Below, piece by piece: positions 43,069 to 50,694 of a stretch of 64,000 nucleotides of DNA. The stretch is from a bacterium (GTDB lineage: Bacteria; Bacillota; Clostridia; Oscillospirales; Acutalibacteraceae), in contig CAVLCA010000012.1 in NCBI GenBank assembly GCA_963661495.1, positions 4,450-68,449 of the forward strand. Reading direction: 5' to 3'. A program made the translations under genes and the position numbers. Numbering within the stretch: the first letter of the stretch is position 1; the number at the start of each line of letters is the position of its first letter. The notes under the pieces are model-generated. The model was not told the origin of the DNA, searched no databases, and saw nothing but the letters and a program-made list of their open reading frames with translations.

Positions 43069-45317
43069 TATGCTTCACCGCCTTTTTTGAGTTCGCAAAT
43101 CAAATCATAGCTTTTAATAAAAGCGTCAACAACTTTCGGGTCAAATATAGTGCCGCTGTATTCCTTGAGATACGATATGGCACGCTCGTCCGTCCACGCA
43201 TTTTTATACGAACGCACAGAAGTGAGTGCGTCAAACACATCGGCAACAGTTGTAATGCGTGCGGCAAGAGGAATTTCCTCACCCTTTAAACCGTAATATC
43301 CGTTACCGTCAATTTGTTCGTGATGATAATGTGCAATTTGAGCCGCAATGGAAATGAATTCACCGGGAACGCCCGAAAGGAGTTTGCCGCCGAACTCTGC
43401 GTGAGTTTTAACAATACTCTTCTCATCATCCGAAAGAGCCCCCTGATTTCCAAGAATGCTTTCCGGAATGATGATTTTACCTATATCGTGAAGTGCCGAA
43501 GCAAACCCGATTCGCCTTATGTCATCCTGGCTGAGACCCAATTCAGAGCAAATACAAAGCGAAATGGCTGAAACATTTGTAAGGTGGTTCTTTCCGCTTC
43601 CGCTCTTTGTTTCAACAACCTCAGCAAGCCTTGACAAAAAGTCAACCTGAAAATCCTCGTCCTTTTGCTCATCGCCCGTTGTGTTAATAAGAAGCGTAAG
43701 CTGTGCACACAAGACCTCAATTACATTGGAAATTTTGTCGTTGAGCATTTCCTTACTGCCCTCAAAGTGAATAATCGAATGAATATCGTCAAATTTTTTA
43801 AGTACAATATCAAAATAAGTGTCGCCCCAAAAGACATTATTGAGTTCGCTGTAATTTGCATAACGGTAATTAATTAGGTCGTAATTACACTCTTCGTCAA
43901 TATTATCGGAATAAATCTGATTAAATCCGCCCGCCTCGGAATTGCCTATGCACACGCCGACGGTCAACTGCTCGTCTTCGGAAAGTTGAGAATTAAGTAC
44001 TTTTTTAAGTTCCTTTGCCGCAACAACAATTTTTTCGCCGTCGTCCGAAATACTGACAACCTCATCAATAATTTTATTAAGTGCGTCAACCCAAGATGTA
44101 TCTTTTATAAATCTTTCGTATTCTTCCTGTTTTTTCTTGTATTTAAGCGATGACTTGTCAAATCCGACGGCAGTCATAACAACCGTAAACACTGCGTCTG
44201 TCATAAAATTGAACAAAACAAAGTATTTTACATTGCCAAAAAACATTTGAAGCGATAGTATAACGCTTGAAAACACAACAAAATTAAGTGCAAACCAAAC
44301 CGAAAACGAACCTTTGGCACGCCTGCCCATAGCTTGCAAAAATGCCGATTGCGAAAGTACAAGCGACGCCAAAAGAAGTGCCGAGCACACAAGCGGAAGA
44401 ATTCGGGTGACAAGCGGAACATTCGGTATCAGCGAACACAAAGCCGCAACAAACGACAGTGTGATTGTAAATTTAGCACTTTTTTTAAGAGAGCCGAAAG
44501 CGTTAAACGCTATAATTTCGGCAATAACGATACCCACAAGCGACAACGCCTGTGAAATATTTGCATAAATCGGAGCGTTAAGCGTATATGAACTTTGCAA
44601 AAATTCCCACAATCCAACTGAGCCGCCCGAAAGAATATTGTAAAACGCAATATAAAGTATCGGTGAAAAATGCTTATTCTTAATTGAAAAGGCAAGTGAA
44701 ATCAGAAGTATAATTACACCGACGGCAAGCATAACAATCGCAAACACCATACCTTGGTTAACCGGGAATGTGCTCGGTGCCTTGGTTGAAGTGCTCACTT
44801 CAAAGCATACAGAATAAGGCACAGCCATATACACCTCCACAGTTTGCGAAAGTGCTGTTTTTGTGAGCTTTACACTGTTGTAGCTGTTGCCGGTGTAACT
44901 GTCGGTTCCGTAGTGGTTATTGTACACTTCTTCACCGTTTACAAGTATTTTCAAAGGTGAACGGTCGGTTTTTATCGTAAGATATGTATCATCACTGACC
45001 TTTTCAAAGGTGTGACGAAGATAATAATATCCCGTGTTACCCTTTGTAGATATAGGCAAAACATAACTTGACTGACTTAACTCGTCCGTGTTTGGCTTGG
45101 CGTCGGCATTTTTAAGATAGCAATATTCCCACGACTGCACGCTTTTTGTATCGTTTTGCGACACGATAACATAATTTGCCGTGTACTTAACCGCAAACGA
45201 CAGCAAAATCATTGCAATCGCCAAAGCGGAGCCTATAACCAAATTCTGTCTGCCGCCCGACAAAAACTTTTTCAAATTCAATATTAACTTGTTAAACGCA
45301 TGCTTAACTGAATTCAT
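43068..45317 (-). CDS. 7TM-receptor (7TMR-DISM-like) HD-GYP domain protein, putative c-di-GMP phosphodiesterase
   Basis: N-terminal span, about 140-aa ectodomain, seven spans. Then ALHDIGKI...KTHAEFG...HYHHEQIDGNGYYGLKGEEIP...VADVFDALTS. Confidence 0.85.
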   Translation of the reverse strand: MNSVKHAFNKLILNLKKFLSGGRQNLVIGSALAIAMILLSFAVKYTANYVIVSQNDTKSVQSWEYCYLKNADAKPNTDELSQSSYVLPISTKGNTGYYYLRHTFEKVSDDTYLTIKTDRSPLKILVNGEEVYNNHYGTDSYTGNSYNSVKLTKTALSQTVEVYMAVPYSVCFEVSTSTKAPSTFPVNQGMVFAIVMLAVGVIILLISLAFSIKNKHFSPILYIAFYNILSGGSVGLWEFLQSSYTLNAPIYANISQALSLVGIVIAEIIAFNAFGSLKKSAKFTITLSFVAALCSLIPNVPLVTRILPLVCSALLLASLVLSQSAFLQAMGRRAKGSFSVWFALNFVVFSSVILSLQMFFGNVKYFVLFNFMTDAVFTVVMTAVGFDKSSLKYKKKQEEYERFIKDTSWVDALNKIIDEVVSISDDGEKIVVAAKELKKVLNSQLSEDEQLTVGVCIGNSEAGGFNQIYSDNIDEECNYDLINYRYANYSELNNVFWGDTYFDIVLKKFDDIHSIIHFEGSKEMLNDKISNVIEVLCAQLTLLINTTGDEQKDEDFQVDFLSRLAEVVETKSGSGKNHLTNVSAISLCICSELGLSQDDIRRIGFASALHDIGKIIIPESILGNQGALSDDEKSIVKTHAEFGGKLLSGVPGEFISIAAQIAHYHHEQIDGNGYYGLKGEEIPLAARITTVADVFDALTSVRSYKNAWTDERAISYLKEYSGTIFDPKVVDAFIKSYDLICELKKGGEA

Positions 45318-45335
45318 ATTGTTACCCTGTCTTTG

Positions 45336-45548
45336 TTATTTGTTTATGTTTGAATACTTATTGAGTAATTTTTTAACCTGTTGGTCGTTGTCCACGGTTG
45401 CATCGTCGTTTTCACCGACAAGTTCGTGAAACTCTGCAATGAGCTTTCCGATTTCTTCATACTTATCTTCAATATCGGAAAGAATGTCTACAAGCTTTGA
45501 ATTAACATATTTTAATTCTTCCGCTTCTTTTATGTAATCCTGATTCAT
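45336..45548 (-). CDS. Small acidic hypothetical protein (70 aa)
   Basis: ORF tightly packed between flanking genes (16-18 nt gaps). No recognisable motif. Confidence 0.5.
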   Translation of the reverse strand: MNQDYIKEAEELKYVNSKLVDILSDIEDKYEEIGKLIAEFHELVGENDDATVDNDQQVKKLLNKYSNINK

Positions 45549-45564
45549 AATTTGTCCTTTACAG

Positions 45565-46185
45565 TTATGCTAATTTTGCTATGTACTGCTTGCCGTCCTT
45601 TTGAGTTGTTACGGTAATCGTAGCAGAGCCGGACGAAGTTGTCTTTTTTTCATCCGAGAAAAACGACGCTTCAATCACATACGTTCCGTCGCTTTGAGCG
45701 GTTGACGAAGCAGTATAATATAAATCTCTGCCGTAAAGCGGTTCCCACATTTCAAACTTCTTTTTACCGCTGTTGTACAAATCGGATTTTGTAATATCAA
45801 CATTCAGCTTGCCAAAATCCTTTTGAATTTGAGAGTTAATTTGCTCGGCTGTTGCCTCACGCATTTTAACGCCCTCTCTCGGCATATCCGTGAGATTGTT
45901 ATAATAAAGTCTGCAAAAAGCATATTGCACCAACTTGCTTGTTGATATTTCACTCGGCGAATTAAAGCTGTCAATCGCAAGCAAATATTTCAATTCGTAC
46001 GCACGGTTGGCATAATATTCTTCATCAATAGTTGAGGTGTCGGCAGAAGTTTCTTCCGATGTGTCAACAACATAGTTGTCGTCCTTTTCACTTTTTTGCT
46101 TGACATTTGGGTCAACATTTGAGCAAGCCGCAAAAGCACCCACCATAAAAATAACCGACAGCAAAAACGCAATAGTCTTTTTCAT
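45565..46185 (-). CDS. Lipoprotein, function unknown
   Basis: Lipobox MKKTIAFLLSVIFMVGAFAAC|SN. Confidence 0.75.
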   Translation of the reverse strand: MKKTIAFLLSVIFMVGAFAACSNVDPNVKQKSEKDDNYVVDTSEETSADTSTIDEEYYANRAYELKYLLAIDSFNSPSEISTSKLVQYAFCRLYYNNLTDMPREGVKMREATAEQINSQIQKDFGKLNVDITKSDLYNSGKKKFEMWEPLYGRDLYYTASSTAQSDGTYVIEASFFSDEKKTTSSGSATITVTTQKDGKQYIAKLA

Positions 46186-46281
46186 ATTTATATCTCCTAA
46201 CCGTTTCTCTATATATTATATACATTATATATTATATCGGTATACAAAGCAAACAATTATACATATCTTACACTTTTTTAT

Positions 46282-46307
46282 AAAAAAAGGGACCGCAATG
46301 CAGTCCC
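46282..46307 (-). terminator. Probable rho-independent terminator after 46328..47518
   Basis: Minus strand reads GGGAC-(9 nt)-GTCCC followed by TTTTTTT. Confidence 0.5.
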
Positions 46308-46327
46308 TATGCGTATTGAAATTAGTT

Positions 46328-47518
46328 TTAGAAGCCCCAGTTGTAATCTGTGTATGAAATTGTCTTGTCTTCAGCCTGTTCAATGAATACAAAAGCTGTT
46401 TTTACATACTTGAATGAATTGTAAGCGTCTGTAATAATTGTTGAGCCTAAAGGAAGGTTTACAGAAAGGCTTTCTGTAGGAGTGTTTACAACTTTAAGAA
46501 TACCTGTTTGCTTGTCATAGTCTTCGTTGAAGTGGAATCTGTAAGCCATAAAGCACTTGTTTACATCTGTACGGAGAACCGGGTCGCCTTTTGGAAGAAC
46601 AAATGTCTTTGTTGCTTCGTCATAGCTTCTTTCTGTGTAGCTGTTTGAAACCTTAACGGTGTAAACAACTGTACCGGCAATACCGTAGCCGTAATCTGTG
46701 TAAGTGTCTGTATCCCAGTCGTTTGAGCACATCTGGAATTTGTATTCTTTACCGATTTCAAGATTAAGAGTGTCGCCTGTCTTATAAACACTGCCGTCTT
46801 CAAAACGAACAGACATCTTTTTAGGAGTTACAATGCCGAGTTCGATTGACTTTGAATCGTCATCTTCATCGTCTTTCTTGTCGTCCTTTTTGTCATCTTC
46901 TTTTTCAGTTGATTTCCACTGAGCATAAAGAGTGAAAATGTTGATTCCTTTAGGGAAACCGAGGTCTTTTACAACAATTGTGTCGCCCTCTTTGTAAGCT
47001 TTACCCGAACCGTCAGCCTTTGTGTTCCAACCTGTGAATTCATGACCCTCATATGTGAATGAGCTTGCCTTAACTGTAGCTGTGTCCTTTTTGAAGTAGT
47101 GCTGTGGGTCTGTTGTTGAGCCCGATGTTGCACCGTTTCCGTCATAAAGGAAGCTGTAAAACGGAATAATTACGCCGTCAACATGCCAACCTTCGCTTTC
47201 TTGCTTTGTAACATACCAAACAACAGATTGACCGCTTTCAAGTGAAACTTCAGGAGCGGATACGATGTTTGAAACGCCCTCTTCGTTGTACTCGCCGGTG
47301 TAACCGTCTGTAACTGTGATTTTACCGTTGCCTGCTGCCGAATAATTGCTCTTTGGCTGGCTTGCCGTACCTACAGGAACCGGAAGACCCGAGTTCAAAA
47401 GGTAAAACGAAGCGTTAACCGTTTTGCTCGATGCTGCAAATGCACTTACAGGGAACATTGATACGATAAACATAACAAGAATTACTGCCGCAGCAATTTT
47501 TTTCATACTCTTTTTCAT
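46328..47518 (-). CDS. Secreted 396-aa protein with one Listeria-Bacteroides-type (Flg_new) repeat; riboswitch-controlled
   Basis: Signal peptide ...FPVSAFA|AS. FTYEGHEFTGWNTKADGSGKAYKEGDTI...LYAQW. Asp/Lys-rich linker. No membrane anchor. Confidence 0.85.
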   Translation of the reverse strand: MKKSMKKIAAAVILVMFIVSMFPVSAFAASSKTVNASFYLLNSGLPVPVGTASQPKSNYSAAGNGKITVTDGYTGEYNEEGVSNIVSAPEVSLESGQSVVWYVTKQESEGWHVDGVIIPFYSFLYDGNGATSGSTTDPQHYFKKDTATVKASSFTYEGHEFTGWNTKADGSGKAYKEGDTIVVKDLGFPKGINIFTLYAQWKSTEKEDDKKDDKKDDEDDDSKSIELGIVTPKKMSVRFEDGSVYKTGDTLNLEIGKEYKFQMCSNDWDTDTYTDYGYGIAGTVVYTVKVSNSYTERSYDEATKTFVLPKGDPVLRTDVNKCFMAYRFHFNEDYDKQTGILKVVNTPTESLSVNLPLGSTIITDAYNSFKYVKTAFVFIEQAEDKTISYTDYNWGF

Positions 47519-47564
47519 AATTATTATCTCCTTTACGAATTATTTGTAATTTACGGGTTGTTTG

Positions 47565-47706
47565 TAAAAATAAAAACCGCAAACTGTAAAACAATCTGCG
47601 GTTTGACTACCATAGTAAATACTTTAGGTTCATAACTTTGCGTCCTGCCGTTTCCGACAGTTTGCCAAATATTAACTTAAAAATTTCAGAGATTTCTCTC
47701 GATTGC
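47565..47706 (-). promoter_or_regulatory. Class-I c-di-GMP riboswitch (GEMM-I) with terminator-type expression platform
   Basis: Minus-strand RNA reads UUUGGCAAAC-UGUCG-GAAA-CGGCA-GGACGCAAAG-UUAUGAA-CCUAAAG-UAUUUAC-UAUGGUAG-UCAAACCGCAG. It has the GGCAAAC and GACGCAAAG blocks, a GAAA tetraloop hairpin and the CCUAA(A)G/UAUGG receptor. The hairpin AAACCGCA/UGCGGUUU (47604-47574) plus a U-tract follows. Confidence 0.8.
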
Positions 47707-47712
47707 AAGGCA

Positions 47713-47741
47713 AGTATATCAAATAAAAATCCGTTTGTCAA
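47713..47741 (-). promoter_or_regulatory. Sigma-A type promoter driving the riboswitch leader
   Basis: Minus strand reads TTGACA (47741-47736), a 17-nt spacer, then TATACT (47718-47713). Confidence 0.65.
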
Positions 47742-47778
47742 TAGAAAATTCAAAAAAATATTTGTAAATTTTTCACAA

Positions 47779-48129
47779 TCAATTTTCAATCTTTTTGATG
47801 TTTTCAACAACGAGATTATAATTTTGTGTTAATTCCTCAATCATTTGTGCAGTTACACCGTTTTCGCCTCCACGCAACGCCTCGGAAATTTTAATACACG
47901 ATTTTGAAAGAAGATAGAACCCAAGATTAAGACTTATACCTTTAAGCGAATATATCGCCCTATAAGCCTCCTCCAAATTTCCGTTTTGATATTCCGTCAC
48001 AAACCTGTCGTAGCTTTCGTCATGTGAAAACGCATTTACATACTTCATTATAAGCTCATTTGAGCAAAGCCGTGAAAATACTTTTTGATAATCGCTTCCG
48101 ATTGCTTTGTAAAATTCTTTGATTTGCAT
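47779..48129 (-). CDS. Hpt-like four-helix protein lacking the phospho-accepting histidine
   Basis: EEAYRAIYSLKGISLNLGF corresponds to the Hpt H-x-x-K-G helix with Tyr in place of His. ATG at 48129 follows AAGGAAG and lies 1 nt after the upstream stop; the ORF-track start at 48156 is TTG. Confidence 0.6.
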   Translation of the reverse strand: MQIKEFYKAIGSDYQKVFSRLCSNELIMKYVNAFSHDESYDRFVTEYQNGNLEEAYRAIYSLKGISLNLGFYLLSKSCIKISEALRGGENGVTAQMIEELTQNYNLVVENIKKIEN

Positions 48130-48130
48130 A

Positions 48131-50572
48131 TTACTCACTTCCTTTATTTTGCTCAAATTCCGTAACGATGCGTTTATTATTTATTTTGCCGAAATACAAA
48201 AGCCTGTCGGCATCGTTAATTGCAAGTTCCGTATTTTCTTTGCCGTATTTGCCGCCGATTGTAATTGAAAATCGGTAATTCGGCATTTCCTCAAATTCTA
48301 TTTCACCGACCGCATTAACTAAATTTTGAAGCGTAGCGGTAAACTCGGTCTCGTTAACGCCAACAAATAACAACACAAATTCGTCTCCGCCGTAGCGAAT
48401 CAATTTGTCATTTTGTCCGATATTGGCGGTTATTGCTTTTGCAACGGCAGCAATAGCCTTATCACCGACAATATGACTGTAATTATCGTTAATCGCCTTA
48501 AATCCGTCTATATCAATCATACAAACAGCGGTGACATTTTTCAATTGCTTACCCACATCGTCAAAATAACGACGGTTAAGCGTGTCTGTAAGCGGGTCAC
48601 GGTAAAGCTTACGGTTATAGCTGTTGACATAATTGATAAAATCATTTTTACCGTAAGCGTCAAACAGCAAATCGCTTCTGTTTTGATACACCATTTCAAC
48701 CACTCTCGGATGACCGTCAATTTCCATATATTTGGAAAAGACTTGGTACACGCTGTCGTTCAAAAATTCAAGCTTCGAGTGTGTTTTTTTGGTTTTAAAA
48801 GTTTTGTACGATATGCAGTTTTGGCAACGCTCGTTTCTGCCCCAAATAGAATAACATTTGAGTCTGCCCGTTTTTTGTGCCTTGTCAACATCGCCCTCAA
48901 AAGTTTTGTTGCTTACAATATTCGTTTCAATCGGGTCAACCACACGCACAACATCAAACACTTTTTTGATTTGTTCGGCAAAAACTTCAAACCCGCTGTC
49001 GTTGTAGTTTTTCATATCGATTGTGTCAATACTCTCAAAACTGTTGCTCGGTATAATACGCATAACAACACTTTTACGCTTAAGAACCGTGTCACCCGTC
49101 CACAGCGACATAATCTTAACTTCGCACTTATACTTTTTGCCATCATGTTCAAGATGAGCCGTGCCATTAAAAATCGGAATATTCGGTGTTGTTTGATTAA
49201 TCATATCAATCAGCTTATCGTAGTTGCCGTTTCCCTTACTGAGTTCACGAAAAGTGTGCATATCAATCATTGAGCTGTCAAGATTCAAAAGTCTAACACC
49301 GTAATCCGACACAGTAACCATACCGTAGTCTATATCGTATTCGATTTGAATTTCCTTTATGCCGTTTGAAAAAAACTTACGCTTCGCATTTTCAAAAAAC
49401 AAAAGATATTTCTTATCGTCCTCATTGTCATCTTGCGAATTCAGTTTGTCGGCAATGAGTTCTTTTGTAACTCTGAACGCCATGGTATCTTCGCCCGGCA
49501 TATTCTTTCTGCCGTGCACAATCTTGCAAAGGTAGTCAGAACAATCGCTTAAACTGTTCAAAAGCAACGGATTAAAAGCCCCGCATTCGCCGGCAAGTAT
49601 CATTTTAACAGCCGTTTCGTGGTCATAAGCCGACTTGTAACAACGCTCGCTTGTAAGCGCGTCATACACATCTGCCAAAGCGACAACCTGTGCGGAAATA
49701 GGGATTTCTTCGCCTTTCAGCCCGTCCGGATAGCCAAAACCGTCCCACCTTTCGTGGTGCCATCGGCATATTTCATAAGCATATTTATATATCCCGTTTT
49801 CGTTTTTTACTCTTTTGTCAAATCCCGGCATTGCCTTTATCATATCGGAGCCTATTGCCGAATGTTTTTTTATAATTTCAAATTCGTCCGTAGTGAGTCT
49901 GCCCGGCTTATTAAGCACTTTTTCATCTATAGCGATTTTGCCTATATCATGGAGTGCGGAAGCCGTAGATATGAGCATAATTTTTCTGTTCGTCAACTCA
50001 TAACGATCCGTAATTTCGGCAACACGCTCAAGCAAAATGCGTGAAACAGTCTGAACATTATGGATATGAAGATTGCTCTCGCCGTTTCTGAATTCAACAA
50101 TATTGCCCAAAGCATCTATCATCTGACGGCTGTAAATTTCCGTTTCGGCAATTTGCTCTTCAACCATACCCATAAGTTGCTTTTGTTTTCTGTAAAGTGC
50201 AAGCGTGTTTTTTATACGGTTATGAATAGTCGCACTATTGTACGGTCGTTTAATATAATCCACAACCCCGATTTTATACGCTTCTTCCAAAAACATTTCA
50301 TCATTCGATGAAATAACAATAACAGGAACGGTTGTAAGCCAACCTCGTTCTTTCATAACACGGAGTGTCTTAAAGCCGTCCATAACAGGCATAACAAGGT
50401 CGAGCACCACAAGCTCTATTTCATCAAGATTTTCGGAAATAACAGAAACCGCCTCACAACCGTTGGCAGCTTGCAAAATCTCATATTCATCACTCAAAAG
50501 TTCCGCTAAAATCATTCTGTTGATTTGCGAATTATCAGCTATCAATATTTTTTGCTTGTCCATCGTGCTCAT
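48131..50572 (-). CDS. Response-regulator receiver + HD-GYP + Cys-motif linker domain + GGDEF protein
   Basis: REC: ILIADNS...LVVLDLVMPVMDG...DYIKRP. HD-GYP: ALHDIGKI...WHHERWDGFGYPDGLKGEEIP. GGDEF: LNRRYFDD...IDIDGFKAINDNYSHIVGD...RYGGDEFVLL. Confidence 0.9.
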   Translation of the reverse strand: MSTMDKQKILIADNSQINRMILAELLSDEYEILQAANGCEAVSVISENLDEIELVVLDLVMPVMDGFKTLRVMKERGWLTTVPVIVISSNDEMFLEEAYKIGVVDYIKRPYNSATIHNRIKNTLALYRKQKQLMGMVEEQIAETEIYSRQMIDALGNIVEFRNGESNLHIHNVQTVSRILLERVAEITDRYELTNRKIMLISTASALHDIGKIAIDEKVLNKPGRLTTDEFEIIKKHSAIGSDMIKAMPGFDKRVKNENGIYKYAYEICRWHHERWDGFGYPDGLKGEEIPISAQVVALADVYDALTSERCYKSAYDHETAVKMILAGECGAFNPLLLNSLSDCSDYLCKIVHGRKNMPGEDTMAFRVTKELIADKLNSQDDNEDDKKYLLFFENAKRKFFSNGIKEIQIEYDIDYGMVTVSDYGVRLLNLDSSMIDMHTFRELSKGNGNYDKLIDMINQTTPNIPIFNGTAHLEHDGKKYKCEVKIMSLWTGDTVLKRKSVVMRIIPSNSFESIDTIDMKNYNDSGFEVFAEQIKKVFDVVRVVDPIETNIVSNKTFEGDVDKAQKTGRLKCYSIWGRNERCQNCISYKTFKTKKTHSKLEFLNDSVYQVFSKYMEIDGHPRVVEMVYQNRSDLLFDAYGKNDFINYVNSYNRKLYRDPLTDTLNRRYFDDVGKQLKNVTAVCMIDIDGFKAINDNYSHIVGDKAIAAVAKAITANIGQNDKLIRYGGDEFVLLFVGVNETEFTATLQNLVNAVGEIEFEEMPNYRFSITIGGKYGKENTELAINDADRLLYFGKINNKRIVTEFEQNKGSE

Positions 50573-50626
50573 AACAAAAACGGCAGCAAAGCCGCTTACC
50601 CCTCCTGCACAAAATATCTAATCTAT

Positions 50627-50655
50627 ATTATAACAACAAATTATATTTTTATCAA
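50627..50655 (-). promoter_or_regulatory. Sigma-A type promoter upstream of the REC/HD-GYP/GGDEF gene
   Basis: Minus strand reads TTGATA (50655-50650), a 17-nt spacer, then TATAAT (50632-50627). Confidence 0.55.
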
Positions 50656-50694
50656 TAGGAATAAACCCGTTATTTCCCATTGTCAAAGCCCATT

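Noticed and set aside
47565-47604. Hairpin plus T-tract, first read as a plain terminator of the Hpt-like gene.
   Set aside because: It was re-interpreted. A strong promoter (47741-47713) lies between the Hpt-like stop and the hairpin, and the hairpin overlaps the 3' strand of a GEMM-I aptamer. It is therefore the riboswitch expression platform.
47607-47832. Small ORFs 47607..47810 (-) and 47638..47832 (+) in the riboswitch region.
   Set aside because: They overlap the promoter and riboswitch and the 3' end of the Hpt-like gene, and they have no RBS.
41461-49273. Plus-strand ORFs 41461..42015 (184 aa), 42652..43026, 48413..49273 (286 aa) and 49619..50044.
   Set aside because: They are antisense to the 1052-aa ectoprotein gene and the REC/HD-GYP/GGDEF gene, with no RBS or motifs.
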